From: the human T2T-CHM13v2.0 reference genome, Homo sapiens | Assembly: GCF_009914755.1 (NCBI RefSeq) | Contig: NC_060943.1 | Reading direction: 5' to 3' (one strand) | Length of the DNA stretch: 64,000 bases | Part shown: positions 1 through 22,999 of the stretch, one piece after another | Numbering within the stretch: the stretch's first letter is position 1 | How the letters are laid out: each line of letters begins with the position of its first letter | Notes under the pieces: model-generated | Seen by the model: the letters and a program-made list of their open reading frames with translations, nothing else | Database searches by the model: none | Told to the model about the DNA's origin: nothing | Translations under genes and position numbers: made by a program

Positions 1-1
1 T

Positions 2-539
<538 letters not shown>

Positions 540-762
540 GATCAGTAGATACTGAGAAGGAGTTGGAACTGCAAAAGGTTTATTGGGGGGCATACCTCAC
601 ACCTCTATTCACACCACATGAGCTAACATCCTGTTTGCTAAAGCTAGTCTCATGTGTTTTAGTCCCAAGTCAAGGAACAGGAAGAGGTTCTGTGTTAATT
701 ATCCACTGCTTTGTAAGAAATTACCCCAAAACATAGCTGCTTAGGCCAGGCACGGTGGCTCA

Positions 763-1029
<267 letters not shown>

Positions 1030-1304
1030 TCACGAGGTCAGGAGATTGAGACCATCCTGGCTAACATAGTGAAACCCCATCTCTACTAAAAATACAAAAA
1101 ATTAGCCGGGCGTGGTGACAGGCGCCTGTGGTCCCAGCTACTCAGAGGCTGAGGCAGGAGAATGGCGTGAACCCAGGAGGCGGAGCTTGCAGTGAGCCGA
1201 GATCACGCCACTGCACTCCAGCCTGGGCGACAGAGCGAGACTCCGTCTCAAAAACAAAAACAAAAACAAAAACAAAAAACAAAAACATAGCAGCTTACAA
1301 CAAG

Positions 1305-2199
<895 letters not shown>

Positions 2200-2200
<1 letters not shown>

Positions 2201-2625
2201 CAGTAACAAATTACCACAGATTTAGTGGCTTAAAACAAAATAAAGTTATTATCTTATAGTTCTGGAGGTCAGAAATCCAAAATGGGTTGGCTTTCCTTTG
2301 GGAGGCATGAGTGGAGAATACATGCCTTCCATTTTCCAGCTTCTAAAGGACACTTACATTGCTAGGTCTATGGCCCTGAGTCACTCCAACCTCTGCTTCC
2401 ATCATCAAAACTCGTTTTCTGATTCTGACTCTTCTATCTTCCTCTTCCACATTTAAGTATCCTTGTGAATACACTGGGCCCACTCAGATAATCCAGGATA
2501 ATCTCTGTATCTCAAGATTCCTAATTTATTCACATCTGTAAAAATTCTTTTGCCATGTGAAGTAACATTCACGAGGTTCTAGGGATGAGGATGTGGACAT
2601 CTTTTGGAAACCATTACTGAGCTCA
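2200..2625 (-). mobile_element. MLT1 (MaLR) LTR
   Basis: TAACAAATTACCACA...GTGGCTTAAAACA...TTCTGGAGGTCAGAA...ATAATCCAGGATAATCTC signature. Confidence 0.7.
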
Positions 2626-2666
2626 CTACACAGTCCAAGAAGGCCTCTCTGAGGAGGTCAATGTTA

Positions 2667-3253
<587 letters not shown>

Positions 3254-3632
3254 CTAATTTGCACCATTAGAAGGGCACTGCCTGATGTGTGGGGGAAGAT
3301 CTCCAGCAGGCATTTAGTCACAGGCTTTGGAAATTCAGAAGCTGAGGGTTAGTGATCTCGACTTGGAAGTCATCAACATAACAGTCGAATGGTGAGGGAT
3401 ACAAGTGACCTCAAACAATTGGCCAAGAAACAGTCACGGTGATGCCATGCTAGGTACTGTTGCCAAGGAAATTAGCAAACAGATTTGGAATCTGCCTTTA
3501 TGTAGCAATCAGCATAGTGAATGTGGATGTTCTACAAAAAAGCATAAATATTTGAGAGCAATGAGAAGTCACTCGTTGAATTTAAGCAAGAGAATTAAAT
3601 GATCTAGTTTACATTTTAAGAGGGACAGGGTC

Positions 3633-3965
<333 letters not shown>

Positions 3966-3987
3966 TAAAAAAAAACTTTTTTTGTAG

Positions 3988-4116
<129 letters not shown>

Positions 4117-4771
4117 TGAACGGTTGCACTGGTTGAGTGTTGGGATGGTGTCATGAACAGAAGAGGAGATGATGATGAAAGCACTACTGTGTAGTTCAGT
4201 CAAGAAGTGTCATGACTTGGAACCGGATGAGTCAATGGAAGTAAAAAGGGGATCATTTCAATGTATGTTTAAGGTGGGCTCAGAATTTGGTGATTGATTC
4301 AAAATGGAAGTGGAAGCGTCCATGGCTACTGGCATGAGCAACTGTGATGCAATCCATGGACAGGAGAAACCTGGGAGAAGAGGAGGTAGAGCATGAGAGT
4401 AGAACTCAGTACTGACAAGGTATGGTTGTAAAATGAATAGACACTCCCAGCAGGCAGTATGAATATGGTGAAATATGTCCATGCTCAGAAAAGAATCTGG
4501 AATGAAGCTACAAATTGTGATTCATCAATGTTCAGATGGTGTTTGAAGCCAGCAGAATAAAACAGACCATACTGGTGGATGAGAGAAGAGGGCTCAGGAC
4601 AAGCCCCCAAAGCACTGGGGTCCAGAAGAGCATCTTGAAAACAGCGTGAGGAGACTGGGCGCGGTGGCTCACGCCTGTAATCCCAGCACTTTGGGACGCC
4701 GAGGCTGGTGGATCACGAGGTTGGGAGATCGAGACCATCCTGGCTAACATGGTGAAATCCCGTCTCTACTA

Positions 4772-4987
<216 letters not shown>

Positions 4988-5240
4988 CTACTAGCAGAGA
5001 TTGATCTATTTTCCTATCAGCCACCTGGAGAGACTGGGCTTATTCTTATTTGCTCAGTCGCTCCTGGCAAGACAGATTTGGAAACAAATCAACATGCTTT
5101 CGATGTGCTTAATCCCAGCATTTTCTCTCCAGCTCTTAAAATTATGGTTTTTTAATTGATTGAACAAGCCATAATTTATTCAGTGAACAACTGTAGGGGA
5201 TGTACAAATGTATCTGGTTTTTTTTTTTTTTTTTTTTTGG

Positions 5241-7625
<2,385 letters not shown>

Positions 7626-7954
7626 AAGGAGGCAAAAGCCACCAGTTATTTTTTAACTCTTAAGTATCTGAATGTAACAAGACTGCAAACTTGTGACTCC
7701 CTGCAGCCACAGATCAGCAGGGATAAGCAGTTCTATTCTACATATGTCCCTAATTTGCCATAGAAACACCATTTAATGGGGACTCAGGGTCTAGGCCTGA
7801 TGAACAATGTCTCATAGAAATGTCTGGCCATATGCGGCTGGGCACAGTGGCTCACGCCTGTAATCCCAGCACTTTGGGAGTCCGAGGCGGGTGGATCACG
7901 AGGTCAGGAGATCAAGACCATCCTGGCTAGCACCGTGAAACCCCGTCTCTACTA

Positions 7955-8248
<294 letters not shown>

Positions 8249-8650
8249 TCACACCACTGCCCTCCAGCCCGGGCAACAGAGCAAAACTCCATCTCAAAAA
8301 AAAAAAAAAAAATGGTTGCCATAGATAATCATGGCTGGGCACAGAGGCTCACACCTGTAATCCCAGCACTTTTGGAGGGCAAGGCAGGTGGATCACTTGA
8401 GCTCAGGAGTCCAAGACCAGCCTGTGCAACATGGAGAAACCCCGTCTCTAATAAAAATACAAAAATTAGCTGTGCGTGGTGGTGCATTCCTGTAGTCCCA
8501 GCTACTTGGGAAGTGAGGACTGCTTGAGGGGGTCAAGGCTACAGTGAGCTGAGATGGTACCACTGCACTCCAGCCTGGGTGACTAAACGAGACCCTGTCT
8601 AAAAGAAAAGAAAAGAAGAGAAATGGTTGTCATAGGTAATCACATGTAAA

Positions 8651-8747
8651 TTTTTTTTTTTTTAAAGAGTGAGCAACAGTAAGATTTATTGCAAAGAGCG
8701 AAAGAACAAAGCTTCCACAGTGTGGAAGGGGACCCAAGCGGGTTGCC
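8651..8747 (-). mobile_element. Polyadenylated LTR12/ERV9 R-region fragment
   Basis: Minus strand reads GGCAACCCGCTTGGGTCCCCTTCCACACTGTGGAAGCTTTGTTCTTTCGCTCTTTGCAATAAATCTTACTGTTGCTCACTCTTT followed by A13. Confidence 0.8.
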
Positions 8748-8762
8748 CATAAATGTTATCAG

Positions 8763-8920
8763 TGGCAACAGCGTATCTGTTTTTCTACATCACGTATGAA
8801 TAAAAGAACCGTCAACCTTGAAGAATGGTGCAGGAATCATATGGCAACAGCGTATCTATTTTTCTACATCACGTATGAATAAAAGAACCGTCAACCTTGA
8901 AGAATGGTGCAGGAATCATA
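8763..8920. repeat. 79-bp tandem duplication (1 mismatch)
   Basis: 8763-8841 vs 8842-8920. Confidence 0.95.
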
Positions 8921-9111
8921 CACCTTTTAGCATCATGGGGATCCTTATGTGTATAATTTTATGATAGTCCTAGATGAGGGCTGAAGGATATGCTATCAAT
9001 TTTTTTCTGCATAATCCAAATATTATCACTCCAAACAAATCAGAGAGCTTTATACTAACTTGCTAATACTTTGCCAATAGCATTCTTCTATCTACTTGAA
9101 TAGAAGCATCA

Positions 9112-9408
<297 letters not shown>

Positions 9409-10463
9409 TCAAAAAAATAAAAAAAATGAGTTGTACGTATCTTCACATTTCTAAGGGCATGTCCAATGTCTTGGCAGGGTTAAAAAGACATCATAGTCTG
9501 GTGAAGTACCCATACTCCAAAACTAGTGCAAACTTCACAAGTTTCATTGCAAATCCCTTACAAAGAGCACAGGGTATGTATAAGCAGCATTGGTTTCTCT
9601 TCTGAAACCCTGGACACTAGAAGATAAGTGAAGATTCCAGAAACACAAAGACTCTGATTTCAGGATTTGATGCTCAGCAAATATATCATTCACACATATG
9701 AGGAGAGAGTAAGCATTTTCAGACCTGTTAGCATTCAAAATTTGTATTCTTTCTGGAAAAACTGCCCAAGAGAACATAATAGTAATTTCTCACAATGGAA
9801 GTATGAGCCATGTCCCCAAAAGACATCTAAAAGGACACTCATAGAAGCATTAGTCATAAGGGGCCAAAACTGGATACAGCCCAGCAGTCCATCAATAATA
9901 AAATGTATAAACAAAATGTGGTACATCCATAGTGGAATACTACTCAGCAATTTACCAAACATTAACTACTGATACATGCAGCAACTTGGATGAATCTCTA
10001 ACACATTATGTTGACACAGAAAACCATAGACTATATGATTCCATTTATATGAAGTTTGAGGACAGAAAAAAAACTTATGATGATAATCAGGATAGTGGTT
10101 AACTCTGGGAGATATTAACCAGGAAGTGGTACAGGGTTTTGGAAATATATTTTCTGTTGACCTGTGTGATGGATTTTTATATATGGACATTATATATTTA
10201 TATATTTAGACATATATAAAAAAACTCATCAAGTTGTGAAGTTGAGGACTTTATGCCTATATATATGTTTATGTGTATATATATGTTTAAAGCTTATATA
10301 GTTTATGTATATAAAGGTTACATATAAACTTTAATTTAATTAATTAATTTTTTGAGACAACAGTCTCACTCTGTTGCCCAGGCTGGAGTGCAGTTGTGTG
10401 ATCTCTGCTCACTCCAGCCTCTGCCTCCTGGGTTTAAGTGATTCTCCTGCCTCAACCACCTGA

Positions 10464-10643
<180 letters not shown>

Positions 10644-10727
10644 TAATTTTAAAAGTTTTAAAACGGCCGGGCGTGGTGACTCGTGCTTGTAATCTCAGCA
10701 CTTTGGGAGGCCGAGGTGGGCGGATCA

Positions 10728-11274
<547 letters not shown>

Positions 11275-11277
11275 CTA

Positions 11278-11425
11278 AGGAAGGAAAGGAAAGGAGAGGA
11301 GACGGGAGGGGAGGGGAGAGAAGGGAAAGGAAAGGAAGAAGGGAAGAATAGAGGGAAGAGAGGAGGGAAGAGAGAAGGAGAGAAAGAAGGAAAGAGAGAA
11401 AGAAGGAAAGAAAGAAGGAAAGAAG
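11278..11425. repeat. GA-rich simple repeat (Alu tail-derived)
   Basis: Nearly pure purine GGAA/GAAA tract. Confidence 0.85.
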
Positions 11426-11566
11426 ACCTATATGCAAGCTGATGGGATGATGGGATCCAAAGGACTTATGCTGCCATTTTAAACAGTCTCCAAACAAAGA
11501 CAAAACAAATGCCTCTGCCACTGCTGTGCTATGAGTCAGGATGCTTGCTGGGCTGGTAGCAGCTAA

Positions 11567-11990
<424 letters not shown>

Positions 11991-12228
11991 TGACCTTAGG
12001 TGATCCACCCGCCTCAGCCTCCCAAAGTGCTGGGATTACAGGTGTGAGCCACCACGCCCGGCCAATATGGCTCAACTTCTTTCAAGAGACTGGGCTTTTT
12101 TTTTCTGTATTAGTTTCCTATCACCACTGTAACAAATTACTACAAACTCAGTGTCTTAAAACAAGAGATAAGAGAAATATTAAAGTAAGACAAATAGATT
12201 CTCTCATTTCTGGAGGCCGGAAGCATGA

Positions 12229-12507
<279 letters not shown>

Positions 12508-13863
12508 TAATTTTATTATTTTTTTATTTTTTGAGACAGAGTCTTGCTCTATCACCCAGGCTGGAGTGCAGTAGCACGTCTCAGCTCACTACAACCTCTG
12601 CCTCCTGAGTTCAAGCCAGTCTCCTGCCTCAGCCTCCCCAGTAACTGGGGTTACAGGCGTGCAACACCACGTCCAGTTAATTTTTAAATTTTTAGTAGAG
12701 ACAGGGTTTCATCATATTGGCCAGGCTGGTCTCAAACTCCTGACCTCGTGATCCACCCCCCCTTGGCCTCCCAAAGTGTTGGGATTACAAGCGTGAGGTA
12801 CCCCGCCCGGCCTATTTTTATTTTATTTTTTTATTTTTTTGAGAGGGAGTCTTACTCTGTCACCCAGGCTGGAGTGCAGTGGTGTGATTTTGGCTCACTG
12901 CAACCTCCGCCTCCCAGGTTCAAGCAATTCCCTGCCTCAGCCTCCTGAGTAGCTGGGATTACAGGCGCCTGCCACCATGCCTGGCTAACTTTTGTATTTT
13001 TAGTAGAGACGGGTTTTCACTATCTTGGCCAGGCTAGTCTTGAACTTCTGACCTTGTGATCCACCCGCCTCAGCCTCCCAAAGTGCTGGGATTACAGGCA
13101 TGAGCCACTGTGCCCAGCCAACTTTTGTATTTTTAGTAGAGACGGGGTTTCATCATGTTGGCCAGGCTGGTCTCAAACTCCTGGCTTCAGGTGATCTGCC
13201 TGCCTCGGCCTCCCAAAGTGCTGGGATTACAAGCATGAGCCACTGCGCCCGGCCTGCTGGCATGTTTTGACTTGTGACTGCACAGCTCCAGTCTCTGCCT
13301 CCACGGTCACATCACCTTCTCCTTTTCTGCCTATGTGTGGTCACATCTGTCCCTGCCTCCCTCTTGTAAAGATACATGTGATTACATGCACAATCCAGGA
13401 TCATCTCCCCTCTCAAGATCTTTAAATACATATGCAGCCCCTGTCTCTACATAACGCAACATTCATAGGTTCCAAGAATTCAGGCCTGACATCTTTGGGG
13501 GACATTTTTCAGCCGAACACACTCTCCTAACTTTTAATCAAAGTCCTGGGCTTCACTCTCCGTCCATGTTCATTGCTTTGACACTTGTCATGGACAGGAG
13601 GGTGCCTTGCACTGACTGGCTTGGACCAGAGTGCTTGCATGCCCCTGGATTAATCACTGCAGCAACGGAGACAGAATGAGGCCAGTGGGCCATCCACTGG
13701 AGCTGAGATTGAGGGGCAACTTCACCCATAGCTGCCCAAAAGGGTATCTGGGGTGTTCTGAGGGTGTTCTGGGGTGTATCTGAGGAAAGGGATGAGTGGA
13801 AAGGTCTCACAAATGAATCTTTTTTTTTCTTTTTTTTTGAGATGGCGTTTCACTCTTTTTTGA

Positions 13864-13959
<96 letters not shown>

Positions 13960-14730
13960 TAGCTGGGATTACAGTCATGTGCCACCACGCCTGGCTAATT
14001 TTGTATTTTTAGTAGAGATGGGGTTTCTCCACGTTGGTCAGGCTGGTCTGAAACTCCCGACCTCAGGTGATTTGCCCACCTCAGCCTCCAAAAGTGCTGG
14101 GATTACAGACGTGAGCCACCGCGCAGCCTCACGTGAAAAAGACTTTTCTCTCAATTTCGCAATCTGTCTCTCTGTCTCTCTCTCTCTGTCACGTTTTGAA
14201 ATTCTGGCTTCCCTCCTATACCCAAGGGAGAGCTCACACTTCTCCCTTACCTGAGCGAAATGCCATCTTTCCCTTCCAGCACCCCATTCAATCCTCCACC
14301 AGGGTCCCCATGTCCTGGTAGCTGCTCCCTGGATGTTGGGACTTCACTCAGTTCCATTTTTTTTTTTTTTTAGGAGACAGGGTCTCACTCTGTTGCCCAG
14401 GCTGGAGTGCAGTGGCCTGATCATAACTCACTGCAGCCTTAATCTCCCGGGCTCAAGAAATCCTCGCACCTAAGACTCCTGAGTAGTTGGGATTACAGGC
14501 ACATGTCACCATGCCCAGCTAATTTTTAAATTTTTTTGGTAGAGATGGAGTCTCACTATGTTGCCCAGGCTGGTCTTTAACTCCTGGCCTCAAGTGATCC
14601 TCCTGCCTCAGCCTCCTAAAGTGCTGGGATTGCAGGCATGAGCTGTTGACCCTCAGTTCCAGATCTTTGCTGGCAGCAAGTCCGGAAACTTCCATCCGGA
14701 TCTGGTTTGTGGCCTTATAACTTAATGTGA

Positions 14731-15175
<445 letters not shown>

Positions 15176-15289
15176 TGACCAGGCTGTTCTCGAATGCCTG
15201 ACCTCGTGATCTGCCCGCCTCAGCCTCCCAAAGTGCTGGGATTACAGGCGTGAGCCACTGCGTCCGGCCAAAATGTTGTATTACTTCTT

Positions 15290-16085
<796 letters not shown>

Positions 16086-19000
16086 ACTTCCTGATGCCAA
16101 CTTCTTCAGCCAAATGTTGCACGGCTAAATGCTAGACTTGGAACTGTAATCACCATCTTAGGACTGCAAAGACGTGTGCCTCAGAAAGAACCAAGGCCAT
16201 ACACTGGGGAGGGCTGAGCCAAAGGAGGGACAGTGACTGGTTACAGCTCATACTTGAGCCCAGGGGTCAACCGTAGAAGCCCTTACATCTGGATTTAATT
16301 ACATTTTTTATTTTGTAATTTTTAGTTTTATTTGTGCTGAGACAGAGTCTCTGGAGTGTAGTGGTGCGACTACAGCCTCAACTTCCCAGGCTCAGGCGAA
16401 CCTCCCACCTCAGCCTCCCGAGTACCTGGATTACAGGTGTACACCACCACACGCAACTAGTGTTTTGTTTTCGTAGGGATGGAATCTCACACAAAAAACT
16501 GGGCAAGTATGTTCCCCAGGCTGGTTTTGAACTCCTGGGCTCAAGCAGTCCTCCCACCTTGGTCTCACAGTGTTGGGATTACAGGCATGAGCCACTGTGC
16601 CCAGCCTGGACTTAATGAAAAACAAACAAACAAACATTTTTTTTTGAGTCAGTCTTGCTTTCTCACCCAGGCTGGAGTGCAGTGGTGTAATCTCAGCTCA
16701 CTACAACCTCTGCCTCCTGGGTTCAATTAATTCTTATGCCTCAGCCTCCCAAGAAGCTGGGATTACAGGCATGCATCATCACACCTGGCTAATTTTTGTA
16801 TTTTTAGTAGAGAAAGGTTTTTACCATATCAGCCAGGCTGGTCTTGAACTCCTGACCTCAAGCAGTCCACCCACCTCAGCCTCCCAAAGTGCTGGGATTA
16901 CAGATGTGAGCCACTGTGCCCAGTCAGTGAAATTTAAGATCATGAATGGTGGCATACTGTCACTTCTGCCAAAACTACACCTTACATGATAACCCTTTCT
17001 TGCTCCCCACCAGCTTTTGCTCTCAAGTCTCGTTTGGTCATGCTAAGCCACAGTTTGGGGACTCCTAGGAGCAGCCATCACAGGTAACCAGTTCTGCTGG
17101 CTCAGGATGGCCCCTGCTGCCCTGACTCAGAGACACTTCCTGCAAGGCAGACATCTCATGCAGAGCAGAGGCCACTGCAGTCAGAAGGAAGGGCCTGGTA
17201 GCCTCAGAGGCACAGCCAAGGGGCTGCAACGATGGAAAGGAGATATTCCACAAGTCCAAGAGTGTGACATGGAAGCACACTCTGGGATGTGGTGGACTCA
17301 AGTGATCCATGCAGATGTGGATGCTGTCTCTCTTTCTCTGTTCATAGAGTGTGGCATGGGTCCTCTCTGGGTGAAAATAGGTGCCCAGAATTAATCACAC
17401 ACTTCCATTCAAAATAAACTGTGCCAACTTGCTGAACCACAAAATGATTTCCTCGCCATGGCCCCTAAATAACTCCGTGATAAGAACTGTATGCTATTGA
17501 TGGCTCTGAAGTCCAAATTTATTGGCAAAAGCAAAGAACGTGCCTGAACTAGTCATTTCTGCAGGCGTTTCTCCTTAAGATGAGTTTGAAGCCAATTGGT
17601 TATGTGAAGAATAGCAATCAGTTCTTTCTCACACTGGAGGAGGAGGAAGCACAAAAGAAAGTTCAAGGGTCAAGCCTCCCAAAAGGCTCTGTTATAATCC
17701 TATGTGCTCTTTCATTGTATCTAGTGATGAATTTGGGTAACTGACACTTTACTCATTGGCCATCTATCCTTGAACTTGATAAGCATTTTCATTTATGTAA
17801 GTTTACTTGTAATTCTTCCAAAACTTATCTTCACATTTCCCAACAAACTAATTTCAGACATTTTGTTTTTATGATTCTATTGTGACAGGAACCTCCATTT
17901 CAATATACTTGTTGCAGGTATAGATTTTGTGCATTGCTTTGTGGTGTTGATTTGTCCATCTTTTGTATTCTGCCTAGCTTATTGTAATCTTGATTTTTAA
18001 AGTTTTCAATTGGGTTTTTAAAGTATGTTAATGTTAATAAATGCATTTTTAGGTTTCCTTTCCCAATCATTACAGCACTCAGGTCTATTTCATATCAGAT
18101 TGATTGATTTATTAAGACAAGGTCAAGCTCTGTCGCCCAGGCTGGAGTGCAGTGGCATAATCAGGGCTCACTGCAGCTTCAGCTTCCTTAGCTCATGATC
18201 CTCCTACTTCAGCCTCTTGTGTAGCTAAGACTACAGGAGTGTGTCACCACATCCAGCTACATTTTTTGCTTTAATACAGACGAGGTTTTGCTACGTTGCT
18301 CAGGCTGGTCTTGAACTCCTGAGCTCAAGTGACCCTCCCGCCTTGGCCTCCCAAAGTGCTGGGATTATAGGTATGAGCCTGGCCTCATACTTTATTTGTA
18401 GTAACAAGAATATCTGGAAAATGTTCAGCATTGCTGAGAGCAGATTTCTGTCATTTTCGATGTGTGTATCCTCCACGGTTATTGAATGGAGGAGTAAACA
18501 AGAAAAAGACTCAAGAAGAGAGACAGGAGTCAGTTCTCATCAGAGAAGAAAAGGTCGATTTCCTAAGGCAGGAAATATTGAGATGGGTTGTGTTCAGGAC
18601 TAGCAGGAGGTGTGTGGCTGGCTTGTTCCTTGTCTACATCCTAATGGCCTAAAGAAAAGATGCCCCACACTAAGGACAGCAAGAGGGAAAGAGTGAGCCT
18701 CATCCTCCGTGACTTCAGTGGGCAGCTTAACCAGCACCAGAAAAGACCTATACTTGCAGATTTTCTTTGTGGGAAAACGGCGTTGGTTATTTGGGTTTTT
18801 ATTTATTTCCAACCAAACATGCCTTAACGGATACAGGGTGCAAAGGCATGTACTAGATTATTCCAAACCTGCCTCACTGGTTTGTCCGGCATTCTGTGGA
18901 CTTCCTGCATTCCTCTTTGAGGCAGGCCGTTTTCTGGAGGTTGGTTGTGATCGGCCTCTGCTCAGAGCCCAAATTCTTAGCCTTTCCCCCATGTGTTATG

Positions 19001-20167
19001 TCCAGTGTGGATTATCTTGATGGTGAGTTTACCTTTGATGTTGGGGAAAACAGGCAAAGAATGAATGAGCAGCAGTAACCAAAGAGCCTCTTTTCTGGGA
19101 AAAAAGCTATGATATTAATAATTTATAGTTCAAATGCACATTAATTTATCCATACTTCTGTAACCTTACATTCCCAAGCTCTCAGAAGTTCAGAGAGGTG
19201 TCCTCAAAGCTCACATTTCAAAGATGGAAAGACACATCTTTCTTCTTTTTAAAAATGATTTTAAAATGTATCCCCCTTTACATGGAACAATTTGAGATGC
19301 TCTGTGTGATGAAACAGAGACAGAGAATGATGAGTGGAGATCAAATCCTGGGTCCATGATTCAGTTGCACAGCTGGCTTAGGACTCAGTTGAACACCACT
19401 AGCTGCCATAATGGTCCAGCTGCCATAATGGTTTGGGCCAACTTATAGCTTTACATATTTTATTCTTAGTCATATGTTGTTTATTTATTATTTATTTATT
19501 CATTTATTTATTTTGAGATGGAGTCTCGCTGTGTCACCCAGGCTGGAAGGCAGTGGCACAAACTCGGCTCACTGAAAGCTCCACCTCCTGGGATCATGCC
19601 ATTCTCCTGTCTCAGCCTCCCGAGTAGCGGGGACTACAGGCGCCCGCCACCATGCTCGGCTAATTTTTGTATTTTTAGTAGAGACGGGGTTTCACCGTGT
19701 TAGCCAGGATGGTCTCGATCTCCTGACCTCATGATCTGCCCACCTTGGCCTCCCAAAGTGCTGGGATTACAGGCGTGAGCCACTGCGCCCGGCCATGTGT
19801 TGTTTAATTTAAACCAACAGTAGACCATTGATTTAAAAAAGCATATGGGGCCAGGGGCAGTGGCTCACTCCTGTAATCCCAGCACTTTGGGAGGCCAAAA
19901 TGGGCAGATCACCTGAGGTCAGAAGTTTGAAACTAGCCTGACCAACATGGTGAAACCCTGTCTCTACTAAAAATATAAAAATTAGCTGGGCGTCGTGGCA
20001 TCTGCCTGTAATCTCAGCTATTAGGGAGAATGACGCAGGAGAACCGCTAGAACCCGGGAGGCAGAGGCGGAGGTTGCAGTGCCATTGCACTCCAGCCTGG
20101 GCAACAAGAGCAAAACTCCATCTCAAAAAAAAAAAGCACATGGAAAAATATTAATATATTTAAATAA

Positions 20168-20404
<237 letters not shown>

Positions 20405-20952
20405 TGAATGAAATAACTACTATTTCTACAACACACATTTTCACTTATGATCCATAATGCCTTCTATGTAATTCAAAATTCCAGATATTTTCTAACAGAA
20501 AATTTCTCCCTGTTATGAGTCTGCAAAATTTATATGAACAAGGCTATTTATATTTTGTCTCTCTTCCACCTAGTGTAAATCTTCTTGTATTTTGCTACAG
20601 ATATACTCATGTGTTTGATGGCAGGTGCTACCCCACACCTCTTAGGGATTTACACACTGTATGGTGTAAATACATTACCATCCTACTAAAATCCAAATGA
20701 TCATGAATTCCAAAATACATCTGGCTCAGAAGGTTTTGAACAAGCAATCGAGGCACTGTCTAAATCCAACAACGATGAATAAATTTTTTCAACATTTTAC
20801 ATGTTTAATAGTTAACATTTCTTCAGAAGTCATTTTTATTTTACAAATTACAATAAACAGCATATTTAATTTGCTAAACAGGAAAAGAGTATGCAGTTAT
20901 TAAAAGTTGAATTAAAATGGCTCTCATAAATCAATCTTCAATAATATGCTTA

Positions 20953-21195
<243 letters not shown>

Positions 21196-21941
21196 TCACG
21201 CCATTGCACTCCAGCCTGAGCGAAAGAGCGAGACTCTGTCTCAAAACAAAAAAAAAAAAACAAAACATCTTTGGTCAGGCATGGTGGCTCACGCCTGCAA
21301 TCCCAGCACTTTGGGAGGCCAAGGCGGGAGGATTGCTTGAGTCCAGGAGTTCAAGACCAGCCCTGACAACACACTGAGACCTCATCTCTACACAAATATT
21401 TATTAAAAATTAGCCAGGTGTGGTGATGCACACCAGTAGTCAGTCCTAGCTACTTGGAAAGCTGAGATGGGAGGAACACTTGAGCCCAGGAGGTTGGGCC
21501 AGCAGTAAGCCATGACTGCAGCACTGCTCTCCAGCCTGGGCAACAGAACAAGACCCTGTCTCAAAAACAAATTCTTTTAATCAAAAATCAGGTTTTATCC
21601 TATACCACATAAATAGAAAGAAATCATTAGAAGAATTTCCACCTGCCTGGGCAACATAGTGAGGTTTCTGTCTCTACAAAAAAGTACAAAAGAGGCCAGG
21701 CGGGGTGGCTCATGCCTATAATCTCAGCACTTTGGGAGGCTGAGGTGGGCAGACTGCCTGAGGTCAGGAGTTCGAGACCAGGCTGGCTAACATGGTGAAA
21801 CCCCGTCTCTACTACAAATACAAAAATTAGCCAGGCATGGTGGCACACACCTGTAGTCCAAGCTACTTGGGCAGCTGAGGCAGGAAAATCGCTTGAACCC
21901 AGGAAGCAGAGGTTGCAGTGAGCCGAGATTGTGCCACCTCA

Positions 21942-22235
<294 letters not shown>

Positions 22236-22999
22236 CTATTAGTAAACATGACTACTTAACATAGCTCTGTCATACTAGCTAGGACTATACAATGTTAATT
22301 TTTTAAAGTTGAAATATGGAAAAAGAAGATATCAAATTACTTATTAATTGGGGATGGTGTTGTATCTATAATAGACACGAAAAATCCAATGAAATATTAT
22401 TAGACTATAAGATATCTGCACAGTCTCTGAGTAAATACTCCTATGCCAAAATCAACACACTAACAGCAACAATTAAACAATGTGTAGCCTGAGGTTGGAT
22501 CCTCCACAGTGACCAAAAAAACCAACAGCCCGTGGAACAAGTTTAGCAGGCAGTGTACACGACCACCAGAGGGAGGCAGAGGGCTGCTGAGACCTGCCAG
22601 GAAATATCAAGAAAGAGGACACAGGGTCCTGAGCACTGAGAGAGATCATTAGGGCCCTCAGGTCCCAAGAAGACAAGACCATACTAGGACCTGGGACCTA
22701 AGGAAGATAAGAAAACACCAGATGTCGGTCCTTGAGGAAGCCAAGAGAATACCTCCTTGTCCTGAGCTCCCAAGGAAGATGAGAGCACCCTGGGCCCAAG
22801 GATGGGTGGCACACACCAGGTCCTGGACAGCTACAGACTTAGGTTTCCTCTCCCTAGACATGAGCACCTCAGCTTCCAGGAGCAAACTGGACCACAGGGG
22901 GACACTAGGCAGAGGATCCTGCTCCTCCTCCCCAATGCCTGGGGTACAGTTAGCCCTGATCATCTCTCCAGAACTAGGGTAGACGTTTGGCCTCATTCC

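Noticed and set aside
17000-19100. Unique non-Alu sequence with short ORFs
   Set aside because: No recognisable homology, splice structure or motif cluster.
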